Positions 21,105 to 31,245 are shown, counted from the stretch's first letter. The stretch: DNA of 64,000 bases from an uncultured delta proteobacterium (GCA_963810935.1 CAWEPK010000008.1:64001-128000); one strand, 5' to 3'. Numbers and translations are program-made. The notes: generated from the sequence alone by a model not told the origin.

Positions 21105-22957
21105 GGGAAAAGCCGATGGGGGATAGGGGAGCAAGGAAAGGTGGATCGGCCACGCTCGACAGGATGATCGCCCGGCTCGAAAGCTCCGACGACTTCGAAA
21201 GGGCCGGTATTCTGGAAAAAGCGGCGTCGGCGCCGAGCAGGGAGCTGGTGGAGGCCCTGGCGCTCCTCCTCTACGGCAAGAAAACTGCCCTGCGGATGGA
21301 CGTGCTCGACACCCTGCGCAAGATAGGAAATCACGCCATAGAGCCGGTGATCGGGCTTCTTTACAGCGAGCACGAGGACGTCAGGGTCTACGGGTGCGAG
21401 GTCTTGCAGAGCCTTAAAAATCCCCTGTCCCTTCCTCACCTTGTCGAGATGGCGCATGAGGAAAACGAAAACGTGAAGAACGCAGCCGTCGTCGCCCTCG
21501 GCGAGTTCGACGACCCGATGGCGGTAAACGTGCTTCTCGAAGTCCTTCAGGAGGAGGAATGGGCCGCCTTCTCGGCGATTTACAGCCTGGCAAGAATAGG
21601 CAGCAGGCGGGCGGTGCCTTCTCTTATGGACGTCTTCAAGAACCGGAGCGAAGAGCTTTCGCTTGCTGCCTGCGAAGCCCTCATGAGTTTTGACGACGAG
21701 AGGATAGTCGATGAGATAGTCGGCTTCATCGGCGGCCTCGACCCGGACAAGAAGCGCACGGTCGTGAGGATCGTCATGGAGCACGGGGACGGCCGGATAT
21801 TCGGCAAGCTGACCGGGCTCATGGGCGAGACGCTCTTGCAGCAACTGCTCGACCTCATTAAACAGCAGAAAGGGAAGTCTACGAAAATCGTCGACCTTCT
21901 GGCCTATTTCAAACACCCGGATTCCGTGCGGGCGTTGCTCGACATCCTGAAGGATATGGAGCCGGACGGGGGAGAATACGGCCATATCCTCGACCTCTTT
22001 ACGGACATGCGTGAAGTATGGGGTCCGGAAATAGAGGAATATCTCTCTGTTGAGGAGTACCGGCTGCCGGTCATCAGGGCATGCGGGGCGGCCCGCTGCC
22101 ACATAGGCGAGGGCCTGCTCCTTGGTGTCTTCCGCTCCTCGCCGCTCGCCGCCAAGAGGGAGATCATGAAGCAGTTGGGGAGGATCGCCAACGGGAGCGG
22201 CAACGTCATCATAAGCGAGGCGATGCGTGACGCGGACGGCCACATACAGGCGGAAGCGGTAGCCATTGCAGGAGACCTGACCATACGCGAGCTGGCGCCG
22301 GACGTGCTGCGCATTGCTAATAACGGCTATGCGGACGTGCGGGTCAGGGCATTGGCCGCGCTGATCAGGATAGACCGGGAAACGGCCGTTTCGACGATAG
22401 ACCGGTTCGTCAACGAAGGCACCACACAGGACAAAAGGACGTATCTGGCAGTCACGGGGTACCTGGACGGCGGCACGAACTTTTCCTTCCTGAAGACGCT
22501 CCTCAACGACGGCGACGATAAGGTGCGGCAGGTGGCCGTGAGCGTCGTCGGCAACTACGTGGAGGACGAGCGGTACCTCGACCTCTTCAGAGCGATGCTG
22601 GATGGCGGCAACGTGCCGGACGAGATGCTAAAGGTGATAGGAGAGAGGAGGCTGAAAGGTTTCAAGGACGTGCTCCTGAGGATGCTCACAGACCCTCTCC
22701 AGCCGCTATGGACCAGGTATCACGCCCTGGCGGCGCTGGGCGCCTTCAGGGACGCTTCGCTCTTCGCGGTTTTTGCGGACTGCCTGAAGGACAAAAACAA
22801 CCTCATTAAGATAGGCGGACTCAAGGCGTTATCGGCAATCGGCGAGAGGAGGGCCATCCCGCGCATCCGGCCCTTCACTAAGAGCATCGACGAGGACGTA
22901 AGGGCGGCGGCTGTAATCGCGCTGGAGCGCCTATCCCGGGCCGGGGGTTTATGCTGA
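21101..22957 (+). CDS. HEAT-repeat protein of the chemotaxis cluster
   Basis: Repeated D/E-x-VR-xx-A-xx-L helices throughout; lies between cheB and cheR. Confidence 0.88.
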   Translation: MREKPMGDRGARKGGSATLDRMIARLESSDDFERAGILEKAASAPSRELVEALALLLYGKKTALRMDVLDTLRKIGNHAIEPVIGLLYSEHEDVRVYGCEVLQSLKNPLSLPHLVEMAHEENENVKNAAVVALGEFDDPMAVNVLLEVLQEEEWAAFSAIYSLARIGSRRAVPSLMDVFKNRSEELSLAACEALMSFDDERIVDEIVGFIGGLDPDKKRTVVRIVMEHGDGRIFGKLTGLMGETLLQQLLDLIKQQKGKSTKIVDLLAYFKHPDSVRALLDILKDMEPDGGEYGHILDLFTDMREVWGPEIEEYLSVEEYRLPVIRACGAARCHIGEGLLLGVFRSSPLAAKREIMKQLGRIANGSGNVIISEAMRDADGHIQAEAVAIAGDLTIRELAPDVLRIANNGYADVRVRALAALIRIDRETAVSTIDRFVNEGTTQDKRTYLAVTGYLDGGTNFSFLKTLLNDGDDKVRQVAVSVVGNYVEDERYLDLFRAMLDGGNVPDEMLKVIGERRLKGFKDVLLRMLTDPLQPLWTRYHALAALGAFRDASLFAVFADCLKDKNNLIKIGGLKALSAIGERRAIPRIRPFTKSIDEDVRAAAVIALERLSRAGGLC

Positions 22958-23778
22958 CAGACCGGGAATTCATACTCCTGAGAGACTTCGTCTACGAGAA
23001 GACCGGCATTTACTTCGCCGAGAACAAGGCCTATCTACTCGAGAGCAGGCTGGCGAACCGGATCGACGAGCTCGGCCTCTCATCCTTCGAGGAGTACCAT
23101 TATTACCTGAAGTACGGCGGCCTAAAGACGAGCCGGGAGCTGACGTCTCTCTTCGACCTCGTCACCACCAACGAGACCAGCTTTTTCCGGAACATGCCTC
23201 AGCTTTATGCCTTCACCACGGTCATTGAGAAAAGCTTCATGAACGGCCACAAGCCCCCGGGCACCGTGCGCATCTGGAGCGCCGGCTGCTCCACCGGCGA
23301 AGAACCGTACACGCTCGCCATACTGATGATGGAGGCGTGCGCGCGGACGGGCAGGAACGTGCCCTTCCACGTCTACGGGACGGACATAAGCTCGAAGGCG
23401 CTCGCCTCGGCCAAAAGGGCAGTCTTCAACAATTACAGCGTGAGGAATACGGACCGGGCGATACTCGATAGATACTTCACCCAGAAAAATGGCGCGTACA
23501 CCCTTTCGGACAAGGTGAAGAAGTACGTCAGCGTCGATTTCCTGAACTTAATGGATTCCGAATCTTACCGAAAATATAGGGAGATGGACATAGTGTTTTG
23601 CAGAAATGTACTCATATACTTCGACGATAGGGGGAAAAAGAAGGTGATTGATAACCTTTACCAGTGCCTGAAGCCCGGGGGGTATCTCACCATTGGCCAT
23701 GCCGAGACCCTTCACAATATATCCAGGGGCTTCAAGCCTTTGATATTTCCCGGCACGATCGCCTATCAAAAGGGATGA
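22951..23778 (+). CDS. cheR: Chemotaxis methyltransferase CheR
   Basis: TTNETSFFR, IWSAGCSTGEEPY, FCRNVLIYFD. Confidence 0.96.
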   Translation: MLTDREFILLRDFVYEKTGIYFAENKAYLLESRLANRIDELGLSSFEEYHYYLKYGGLKTSRELTSLFDLVTTNETSFFRNMPQLYAFTTVIEKSFMNGHKPPGTVRIWSAGCSTGEEPYTLAILMMEACARTGRNVPFHVYGTDISSKALASAKRAVFNNYSVRNTDRAILDRYFTQKNGAYTLSDKVKKYVSVDFLNLMDSESYRKYREMDIVFCRNVLIYFDDRGKKKVIDNLYQCLKPGGYLTIGHAETLHNISRGFKPLIFPGTIAYQKG

Positions 23779-24152
23779 CTATGAAAAAGATCCTGATTGT
23801 TGACGATTCTCCGACGATAAGAAAATTACTGGGGTATACGCTCAAGCGCAATAGCTACATTACCGAAGAAGCGGAAGACGGTATCGACGCAATGGAAAAG
23901 CTGAGCGGGTCAGAGATAGACCTTGTAATAGTGGACCTGAACATGCCTAACATGGACGGCATCTCCTTTGTGAAGAGCCTGAGAAGCGGTTACTACAACC
24001 TGGATGTGCCTGTAATCATGCTGACGACGACGAGCGACGACGAGCTGAGGGAAGAAGCGTACGGTGCGGGCATCAACCTGTTCCTTACGAAACCTATAAA
24101 GCCGGAGTTCCTTTTGGATAAGGTCGAAAGTCTTTTGGGCGGAGGCGCCTGA
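23775..24152 (+). CDS. cheY: Single-domain response regulator, CheY-like
   Basis: ILIVDDS, DLNMPNMDG, MLTT, KP; ATGA overlap with cheR. Confidence 0.85.
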   Translation: MTMKKILIVDDSPTIRKLLGYTLKRNSYITEEAEDGIDAMEKLSGSEIDLVIVDLNMPNMDGISFVKSLRSGYYNLDVPVIMLTTTSDDELREEAYGAGINLFLTKPIKPEFLLDKVESLLGGGA

Positions 24153-25951
24153 TGGAAGAAAGCATATCCGATAAAGACGAAATGCGGGAGATCATAGAGG
24201 AGTTCATCGTCGAGGCGAACGAGCTTGCGGAGAAGGCCATCCAGGACGTCGTCGCCATCGAGAACAATCCCGACGAAGAGCTGATCAACAGCATCTTCAG
24301 GGCGGTCCACACGATAAAGGGCACGTCCAGCTTTCTCGGGTTCGACACGCTCTCCACCCTCTCGCACAAGCTGGAAGATGTCCTGGGCCTGGTGAGGAAA
24401 GGCAACCTTAAGCCCCTGCAGGACGTGACTAACGCCTCTCTTGAGTCACTCGACCTGATCAGGGCGCTCCTCGAAGAGATAAAGGAAACGGGCTCGGAGA
24501 AGAGCGATACCGCAGCCGTAACAGAGAGGCTGGAGGCACTGAAGAACCCCGACAAGCAGAAGCTGGGAAAAATCCTCGTCCAGGACAGCGTTATCGAAGT
24601 GGACGACCTTCACGTCGCCCTGAACAAGCAGGAGGGCGGGAGAGACGAAAAACTCGGCCAGTTGCTCCTCGAAGACAAAGTCATGACCCAGGGGCAGCTT
24701 AATGGCTACCTGAAGAAGCAGAAGACCGGCATGCACAAGGAAGAAAGCACCATCCGGATAGAGGTCAAAAAGCTGGACGAGCTGATGAACCTCGCGGGGG
24801 AGCTGGTGCTCGGCAAGAACAGGCTGATCCTGCTCAATAACACGGTCAAGAAGAGCGAAGCCAGGAACAACCTCGCAGACAGTCTGGCCGACATAACGAA
24901 CTACATGGAGCTGGTCACGAACGAGCTGCAGCTCGCGGTCATGCGGGCAAGGCTCGTGCCGATAAGCAAGCTTTTCAACAAAGTCCCGAGGCTCGTGAGG
25001 GACCTGGGCGGCGAGTTCGACAAGGACATCGAGCTGGAGATGGAGGGCGAGGAGACGGAGCTGGACCGCTCCCTGATCGAGGCCCTTCACGACCCCCTCA
25101 TACATATTATCAGGAACTCGATCGACCACGGCATCGAGAGGCCCGAGGAGAGGGAGAAGAAAGGCAAGCGGGGAAAAGGGCAGCTTACGCTTAAGGCATA
25201 CAACGAAGGCAACAATGTCCTGGTGGAGATATTCGACGACGGCAAGGGCATAGACGTCGAGGCCGTCAAGAAGAAGGCCCGCGAGAAAGGGCTGATAACC
25301 GAGGCCGAGATTGCCACGCTGTCGGCGCGGGAGGCCATGGGCCTCGTCTTCGCCGCCGGACTGAGCACGGCCGCCTCGGTAACCAGCGTCTCGGGCAGGG
25401 GCGTCGGCATGGACGTTGTAAGGAACAACGTCGAAAAAATGAACGGCCAGGTCTCCATCGACTCGGAAGAGGGCCGCTGGACGCGCCTGACCCTGCGGCT
25501 GCCCCTGACGCTCGCAATAATGCGGGCCCTTATAGTAAGGGTGTTCGACGAGCTGTTCGCGATACCCCTCAACACCGTCACCGAGCTGGTCAAGCTGGAC
25601 GAGGGGTTGATAAAGTCGGTAGAAAGGAAAGAGGTAATCGTCCTGAGGGACAGGGTGATCCCGGTGGTCGACCTGGCGGACGTCTTCGCGGACGTGCCGC
25701 GGGCGGAGGAAGCGGAGGACAAGTACGTCGTCATCTGCAACGTCGGCGACAGGGCGATAGGCATCAAGGCCCGTGCGGTCGAGGGGCAGGAAGAGGTTGT
25801 CATAAAACCTCTCGGGACGTTCCTCGGCAACGTGAAGGGCGTGGGCGGCGCAACGATAAGGGGGGACGGCAAGGCGATCCTCATCCTCGACATGTCCGCC
25901 CTGATCGATCATATCTCCCTGCATAAGAACGCGTTCAGGAAGATCGCGTAG
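24152..25951 (+). CDS. cheA: Chemotaxis histidine kinase CheA
   Basis: HTIKG Hpt, HIIRNSIDHG, DDGKG, SGRGVGMDVV, C-terminal CheW domain. Confidence 0.97.
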   Translation: MEESISDKDEMREIIEEFIVEANELAEKAIQDVVAIENNPDEELINSIFRAVHTIKGTSSFLGFDTLSTLSHKLEDVLGLVRKGNLKPLQDVTNASLESLDLIRALLEEIKETGSEKSDTAAVTERLEALKNPDKQKLGKILVQDSVIEVDDLHVALNKQEGGRDEKLGQLLLEDKVMTQGQLNGYLKKQKTGMHKEESTIRIEVKKLDELMNLAGELVLGKNRLILLNNTVKKSEARNNLADSLADITNYMELVTNELQLAVMRARLVPISKLFNKVPRLVRDLGGEFDKDIELEMEGEETELDRSLIEALHDPLIHIIRNSIDHGIERPEEREKKGKRGKGQLTLKAYNEGNNVLVEIFDDGKGIDVEAVKKKAREKGLITEAEIATLSAREAMGLVFAAGLSTAASVTSVSGRGVGMDVVRNNVEKMNGQVSIDSEEGRWTRLTLRLPLTLAIMRALIVRVFDELFAIPLNTVTELVKLDEGLIKSVERKEVIVLRDRVIPVVDLADVFADVPRAEEAEDKYVVICNVGDRAIGIKARAVEGQEEVVIKPLGTFLGNVKGVGGATIRGDGKAILILDMSALIDHISLHKNAFRKIA

Positions 25952-25984
25952 CGGGAGAATATATACCCGGAAGGAGGGTAGGCG

Positions 25985-26455
25985 ATGAACGAAGGAAAAA
26001 TCCTGCAGCTCGTGACGTTCAAGCTCGAAAATGAGGAGTTTGCGGTCGATATACTTAAGGTCCAGGAAATAAACAAGATGATCGACATAACCCGCATACC
26101 GAACGCGCCGTCCTTCGTGGAGGGCGTGATCAACCTGAGGGGAAAGATCATACCCATCGTCGACCTGCGCAAGCGGCTCGGCTTCGAAGGCAGGGCCTAC
26201 GACAAATCGACCAGGATAATCGTCGTCGAGCTGGACGCTATGGTGCTTGGCTTCGTCGTCGATTCGGTCTCGGAGGTCCTGAGGGTCTCGGAGAGCACCG
26301 TGGAGCCGCCCCCGCCGATGGTGGCAGGCATAGAGTCGGACTACATCGAAGGGGTGGGCAAGCTGGATAACAGGCTCCTTATACTCCTGGAGCTTAAAAA
26401 GGTATTCTCCGGCGCGGACAGAAGGGAATTAGAGAGGACCGCCGGGAATAACTGA
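25985..26455 (+). CDS. cheW: Chemotaxis coupling protein CheW
   Basis: GVINLRGKIIPIVDL, GFVVDSVSEV. Confidence 0.96.
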   Translation: MNEGKILQLVTFKLENEEFAVDILKVQEINKMIDITRIPNAPSFVEGVINLRGKIIPIVDLRKRLGFEGRAYDKSTRIIVVELDAMVLGFVVDSVSEVLRVSESTVEPPPPMVAGIESDYIEGVGKLDNRLLILLELKKVFSGADRRELERTAGNN

Positions 26456-26465
26456 AGGAGGACCG

Positions 26466-26702
26466 ATGGACTTTAAGAGTTTTTCGGCCGATTCCATCGT
26501 TACGGTACAGGGCATAGGCAGGGAATGGGCAATGCCCGGCAGGCACGGCCCGCCCTTCCTCAAGCGGTACAAAGGCCCTGTTCGGGATAACGACGGGCGC
26601 AGGGCGCCCGACCGGCACGAGCACCCCCCTTCGGAAGAAAGGGACGAGGCCCCGTCGAAGGAAACCGGCAGCCTGAACGAGGGTTTTGAGATTACGGTAT
26701 GA
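26466..26702 (+). CDS. Small hypothetical protein (78 aa)
   Basis: Strong SD AAGGAGG; directly follows cheW. Confidence 0.6.
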   Translation: MDFKSFSADSIVTVQGIGREWAMPGRHGPPFLKRYKGPVRDNDGRRAPDRHEHPPSEERDEAPSKETGSLNEGFEITV

Positions 26703-26717
26703 AAAAATTGCTCAGGC

Positions 26718-26801
26718 GGAAAAAAATTCCGTTCTAGCCCGCCGCACAGACCCGCAATTCCGCCGGTACACCACGCTTATGGCAGCGGTATGACTATTGC
26801 A
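26718..26801 (+). promoter_or_regulatory. Enhancer box plus sigma54 promoter for the flgF operon
   Basis: GGAAAAAAATTCC (26718-26730) and CGGTATGACTATTGCA (26786-26801). Confidence 0.7.
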
Positions 26802-26812
26802 TAAGCGATGGT

Positions 26813-27544
26813 ATGTTGACCGGCATCTTCACCACACTAAGCGGAAAGACAGCGAGCGAAAAGAAGCTCGACATCATCGCCAATAATGTGGCAAACGCCC
26901 TTACTCCAGGCTACAAGAGCATAGAGGCGGCCTTCGCGACTACCACCCTTGATGATGGCACGGAGCCCGACCAGGTGCCGGTGAACTATGTCAATATTCC
27001 CACTTCCTATACACAGTTTTCTGACGGGCCCCTCATCAATAGTGGGAACCCTCTCGATCTGGGCCTGGAGGGGAACGGCTTTTTCGCGGTGACGACGCAG
27101 GGTGGGACGATGTACACGAGGAACGGCCAGTTCCAGCTCGACGCCACGGGAAGGCTCGTCACGCACGACGGGAACTCAGTTCAGAGCCAGGGCGGCGGCG
27201 ATATCACCGTCCCGGGGGGCGGCAAGGACGTCAGGATCGGAGGCGACGGCTCAGTCTACGTCGATAAGCTTTTCGTGGACAGGCTGAAGATAGCTGACTT
27301 CCAGAACAAGCAGGACCTGAAAAGCACAGGGGGAAGTCTCTTCGTGAATGCGAACCCCAGTAACCAGGAGACCCCGGCGGAGCATTACGTCCTGCACCAG
27401 GGCGCTTACGAGTCGTCGAATGTCGATGTAATGAAGTCGATGGTGCAGATCATTACCGTGTTGAGGGCCTACGAATCGTATGCAAAGGTGGACCAGTCGT
27501 CGAGCGACATGCTTGGAAAGCTGATCGATCTGGGAAAATTCTAG
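26813..27544 (+). CDS. flgF: Flagellar basal-body rod protein FlgF
   Basis: IIANNVANALTPGYK, GNPLDLGLEGNGFF, YTRNGQF, ESSNVD. Confidence 0.9.
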   Translation: MLTGIFTTLSGKTASEKKLDIIANNVANALTPGYKSIEAAFATTTLDDGTEPDQVPVNYVNIPTSYTQFSDGPLINSGNPLDLGLEGNGFFAVTTQGGTMYTRNGQFQLDATGRLVTHDGNSVQSQGGGDITVPGGGKDVRIGGDGSVYVDKLFVDRLKIADFQNKQDLKSTGGSLFVNANPSNQETPAEHYVLHQGAYESSNVDVMKSMVQIITVLRAYESYAKVDQSSSDMLGKLIDLGKF

Positions 27545-27552
27545 GAGGAGTT

Positions 27553-28344
27553 ATGCTAAGGGCTTTGTGGACCGCCAGCACAGGCATGAATGTGCAGCAG
27601 ACGAACCTCGACGTGATCGCGAACAATATCGCGAACGTCAATACGACCGCATTCAAGGCAAGCAGGGCCACGTTCCAGGACCTGATGTACCAGACGATGC
27701 GTCTCATGGGCACGAAGACCGAGCAGGGCAACCAGGTTCCGACCGGCATCCAAATAGGGCACGGTGCGAAGCTGGCCGCCGTCCAGAAGCAATTCACCCA
27801 GGGGGATTACCAGCAGACGGGGAACCAGCTCGACCTCGCTATCGAGGGGAGCGGCTTCCTGCAGATCCAGTTGCCATCGGGCGAGCTTGCCTATACCAAG
27901 GCCGGCTCGTTCCAGCAGGACGCCGAGGGCAGGATATGCACGTCTGACGGATATCTCCTCGACCCGAGCATCACTGTTCCCCAGACGGCCACGGCCGTCA
28001 CCATAGCGAATGACGGCACCGTCTCCGTGCAGTCGCAGAATCAGACGGCGCTCCAGCAGATTGGCACTCTCAACCTCTGGACCTTCCCGAACGTCGCCGG
28101 ATTGAACGCAATAGGCAAGAACCTCTACCAACCGACGGACGCCAGCGGGGCCGCCCTGTCGGGGACGCCCGGCCAGAACGGATTCGGTACGGTCCTTCAG
28201 GGGTACCTTGAGCTGTCTAACGTCAACGTCATGCAGGAGATGATCAACCTCATTATAGGACAGAGGGCATATGAAGCCAACTCAAAGGCAATCCAGGCGG
28301 CCGACCAGATGCTACAGATCTCGAATAATGTCAGGCAGTCGTAA
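27553..28344 (+). CDS. flgG: Flagellar distal rod protein FlgG
   Basis: VIANNIANVNT, FQDLMYQ, PTGIQIGHG, QRAYEANSK. Confidence 0.97.
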   Translation: MLRALWTASTGMNVQQTNLDVIANNIANVNTTAFKASRATFQDLMYQTMRLMGTKTEQGNQVPTGIQIGHGAKLAAVQKQFTQGDYQQTGNQLDLAIEGSGFLQIQLPSGELAYTKAGSFQQDAEGRICTSDGYLLDPSITVPQTATAVTIANDGTVSVQSQNQTALQQIGTLNLWTFPNVAGLNAIGKNLYQPTDASGAALSGTPGQNGFGTVLQGYLELSNVNVMQEMINLIIGQRAYEANSKAIQAADQMLQISNNVRQS

Positions 28345-29018
28345 GGGGGTCTTTCTTCCGGCCCTTCTTCTCGTCGCGGGCCTTCTTTTCGCACAGGGGC
28401 TCCAGGCGGGGACCGTAGAGTCGGAAGTGACCGCTTTCGTTAAGCAGATATACCGGGACAACGAGGTCAAGGTCACGTTTTCCGGCCTGCCTCCGCAGGC
28501 CCAGGGGGACGTGCCCGTTAAAAACATCGGTTTCAGCAAGGTGCCCGACATGGGCGGCGACGGCATTTGCATGGTGGCCATAGAGAGCAGGAACGGCAAG
28601 GACGCGAGTGTATACGTGCCGTTTCGGGTGCTCGTCAAGCGATCGCTCTATATCACCAAGCGCAACATAGGTAAGGGGGACGTCATCCACCTTGCAGATT
28701 TGTCGATAAGGGAGAGCTACCTGAACGGAGCGACTGCCAACTATCCGGTCGGGGTAGACGACGTAGTGGGCAAGGGAGCAAAGAAAGAGATAGCGGCCGG
28801 CGCCGTCCTTACGACGCAGGTCCTGGAGTCCGCCGTGGCGGTGCAAAAGGGAGAGGCGGTCAACGTAACGGCGGAGAACAAGAGGCTGACCGTCCAGGGG
28901 AAGGGCACTGCCCTGGAAAAAGGTAAGCTGGGCGACCTTATTAAGATAAAAAGCCAGGGCGGCAAAGAGGCTCGTCGGCAAAGTAACTGGAAATAATTCC
29001 GTGGCGGTGGAGTTTTGA
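28328..29018 (+). CDS. flgA: P-ring chaperone FlgA; extra G at about 28970 shifts the last codons
   Basis: Signal peptide, SAF domain; removing one G gives GKELVGKVTGNNSVAVEF*, whose TGA overlaps the flgH TTG. Confidence 0.88.
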
Positions 29019-29722
29019 AGAGAGAAGCGATATCGTCCGTAACAGCCGTCTGCCTGCTTTTCCTCGGAGGCTGCATCTCCATAGAGCCCTCGAAGATAGC
29101 TAACGAGCCCCAGACCATCTCGAAGACTTTCAAGGCAACGCCCCCGAAACCCGTCTTTCCGGACGCGAACAACGGGGCCGTGGCGCAGGGAAGGATGAGC
29201 GGACTTTTCGCCGACCAGAAGGCGCGCAACGTGGGTGACGTCCTGACGGTCAATATCGTCGAGGTCTCCCAGGCATCCGAGAGCGCCACTACGGCGACGA
29301 CGAGGAAATCGCAGACCGTCGCCCAGGTCAGCGGCCTCTTCGGCATGGAGAACCATGCCACCGGCCCGTGGAAAAACCTGGGCAACATCATCAACACGAA
29401 CACGCCCAACAATGATTTCACGGGGACGGGGCAGACGACGCGCCAGGGCTCGTTGTCGGCAACCATAACGGCCAGGGTGATGGACGTGATGCCCAACGGC
29501 AACCTCGCCATCGAGGGCAAGCGTGAGATATACGTGAACAACGAGAAGAAGGAGATACTCCTCCAGGGCGTAGTGAGACCGAAGGACATCGCCTTCAACA
29601 ATACGATATCATCCACCCAGGTAGCCGACGCGAAGGTCATTTATACGGGCATAGGTGTGCTCGCAGAGAAACAGAGACCGGGCTGGGGCGCGAGGCTGTT
29701 CGATTTCGTATGGCCCTTCTGA
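29015..29722 (+). CDS. flgH: L-ring lipoprotein FlgH
   Basis: Lipobox LGGC, DQKARNVGDVLTV, NGNLAIEG, C-terminal WPF. Confidence 0.95.
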   Translation: MKREAISSVTAVCLLFLGGCISIEPSKIANEPQTISKTFKATPPKPVFPDANNGAVAQGRMSGLFADQKARNVGDVLTVNIVEVSQASESATTATTRKSQTVAQVSGLFGMENHATGPWKNLGNIINTNTPNNDFTGTGQTTRQGSLSATITARVMDVMPNGNLAIEGKREIYVNNEKKEILLQGVVRPKDIAFNNTISSTQVADAKVIYTGIGVLAEKQRPGWGARLFDFVWPF

Positions 29723-29731
29723 CGGGAAGGC

Positions 29732-30903
29732 ATGCATTGGAGGCGCAGCGTGGGTAAGTCAGAAAACGGGAAAATCGGTCGGGCAGGACGGTCGCACGGG
29801 CTTCGTGCGCTCTTCGCCGCCGCCCTCTGCGGCCTCGCCCTCGTCGCGGCCTCACCGCGCGATTGCCTCTCTGCGAGGATCAAGGACATCGCGTACATCA
29901 ACGGCGTGAGGCCCAACATGCTTATCGGCTACGGCCTCGTGGTGGGGCTAAAACGCACAGGCGATAAGGTGCAGACGATCTTCACCACACAATCCCTCGC
30001 CAACATGTTGGAAAAAATGGGGATAACGGTCGACCCTACGGCCACCAAGGTCAATAACGTGGCCGCGGTCATGGTAACGGCCGAGCTGCCCGCTTTCGCG
30101 AAAGCGGGCAACAAGATCGATGCGACGGTCTCTTCCGCCGGGGACGCGATGAGCCTGGAGGGCGGGGTGCTGCTTATGACCCAGCTCAAAGGGACGGACG
30201 GCCAGGTCTACGCAATCGCCCAGGGAGCAATCACAGTCGGAGGCTTTGCGGCAGCCGGAGCCGCCGCCTCGGTTTCTAAGAACCACCCGACCGTCGGCAG
30301 AATCACGAACGGCGCTATAGTCGAGCGGGAGATCGAGTATCCGGCCATGAAAGGCGAGACGCTGACGATCAGCCTCAAGAAGGCCGATTTCACGAACGCT
30401 CGCAAGCTAGCCGAGCGCATCAACGGCCGTTTCTCCGGCTGCGCGGTGTCAAAGGATGGCGGTACGGTCGTCCTTTCCGTGCCCGAGGAGTGCGGGAAGA
30501 CCCGGTCTCCTTCCTGTCCATCGTGGAAAACCTCGACATCAAGCTCGAGTACCAGGCAAAGATCGTCGTGGACGAAAAAACAGGCACCGTCGTGATCGGT
30601 GAAGACGTGAAGATCGCGTCGGTGGCCATATCGCACGGCAATATAAGCGTCCAGATCAAGGAGACGAAGAACGTGAGCCAACCCCTTCCTTTCTCGAGGG
30701 GCGGACAGACGGTAGTCACGCCCGAGACCGAGCTGCGGGTGGAAGAGGACAAGGGGCATTGGTATTACATGGAGGAAGGGACGAGCATAAGGGAGCTCGT
30801 CAACGCCCTTAACGCAATAGGGGTTTCGACGAGAGACGTCATAATCATCCTCCAGACCATAAAAGCGGCCGGCGCGCTTACCGCCGAGCTGGAAGTCATT
30901 TGA
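29732..30903 (+). CDS. flgI: P-ring protein FlgI, split by a missing base at about 30490
   Basis: RIKDIA, LIGYGLVVGL, AAVMVTA; second ORF AKIVVDEKTGTVVIG...IKAAGAL. Confidence 0.95.
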
Positions 30904-30904
30904 G

Positions 30905-31228
30905 GTGTCCGGTATGGATAGCGCGATAAAGACCGACCCTTCCGACCTGGGATTGAAACCCGTAAGCATCAGCCCCGAGAGGAAGAAATCGATGGAAAAG
31001 GCGGCGGAGGGTTTCGAGTCCTACTTTATATTCAGCATGCTGAAGGAAATGGGCAAGACAGCCAGCTTCACGCAGAAGAGCTACACGGAAGAGACCGAAA
31101 TGTCGATTTTTTATGAAAAGGCGTCCGAATTCATGGCCAAAAAGGGCATAGGCATAAAAGAGGTTATAACACGATACCTGACAAGGAACGATGCTAAAGT
31201 TTTCAGTGGAAACGGCGAACATAAATAA
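30905..31228 (+). CDS. flgJ: Short FlgJ (rod-binding domain only)
   Basis: KAAEGFESYFIFSMLKEM and GIGI motifs; follows flgI. Confidence 0.8.
   Translation: MSGMDSAIKTDPSDLGLKPVSISPERKKSMEKAAEGFESYFIFSMLKEMGKTASFTQKSYTEETEMSIFYEKASEFMAKKGIGIKEVITRYLTRNDAKVFSGNGEHK
31195..31221 (+). promoter_or_regulatory. sigma28-like promoter upstream of flgM
   Basis: TAAA-N15-GGCGAACA. Confidence 0.45.
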
Positions 31229-31245
31229 GCAGGAGGTATTTATCT

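Noticed and set aside
24446..25924. 492-aa antisense ORF, and similar ones at 9052-10074, 11725-12684, 21011-22243 and 28331-29356
   Set aside because: Shadow frames of well-supported plus-strand genes caused by GC-rich codon bias; no motifs
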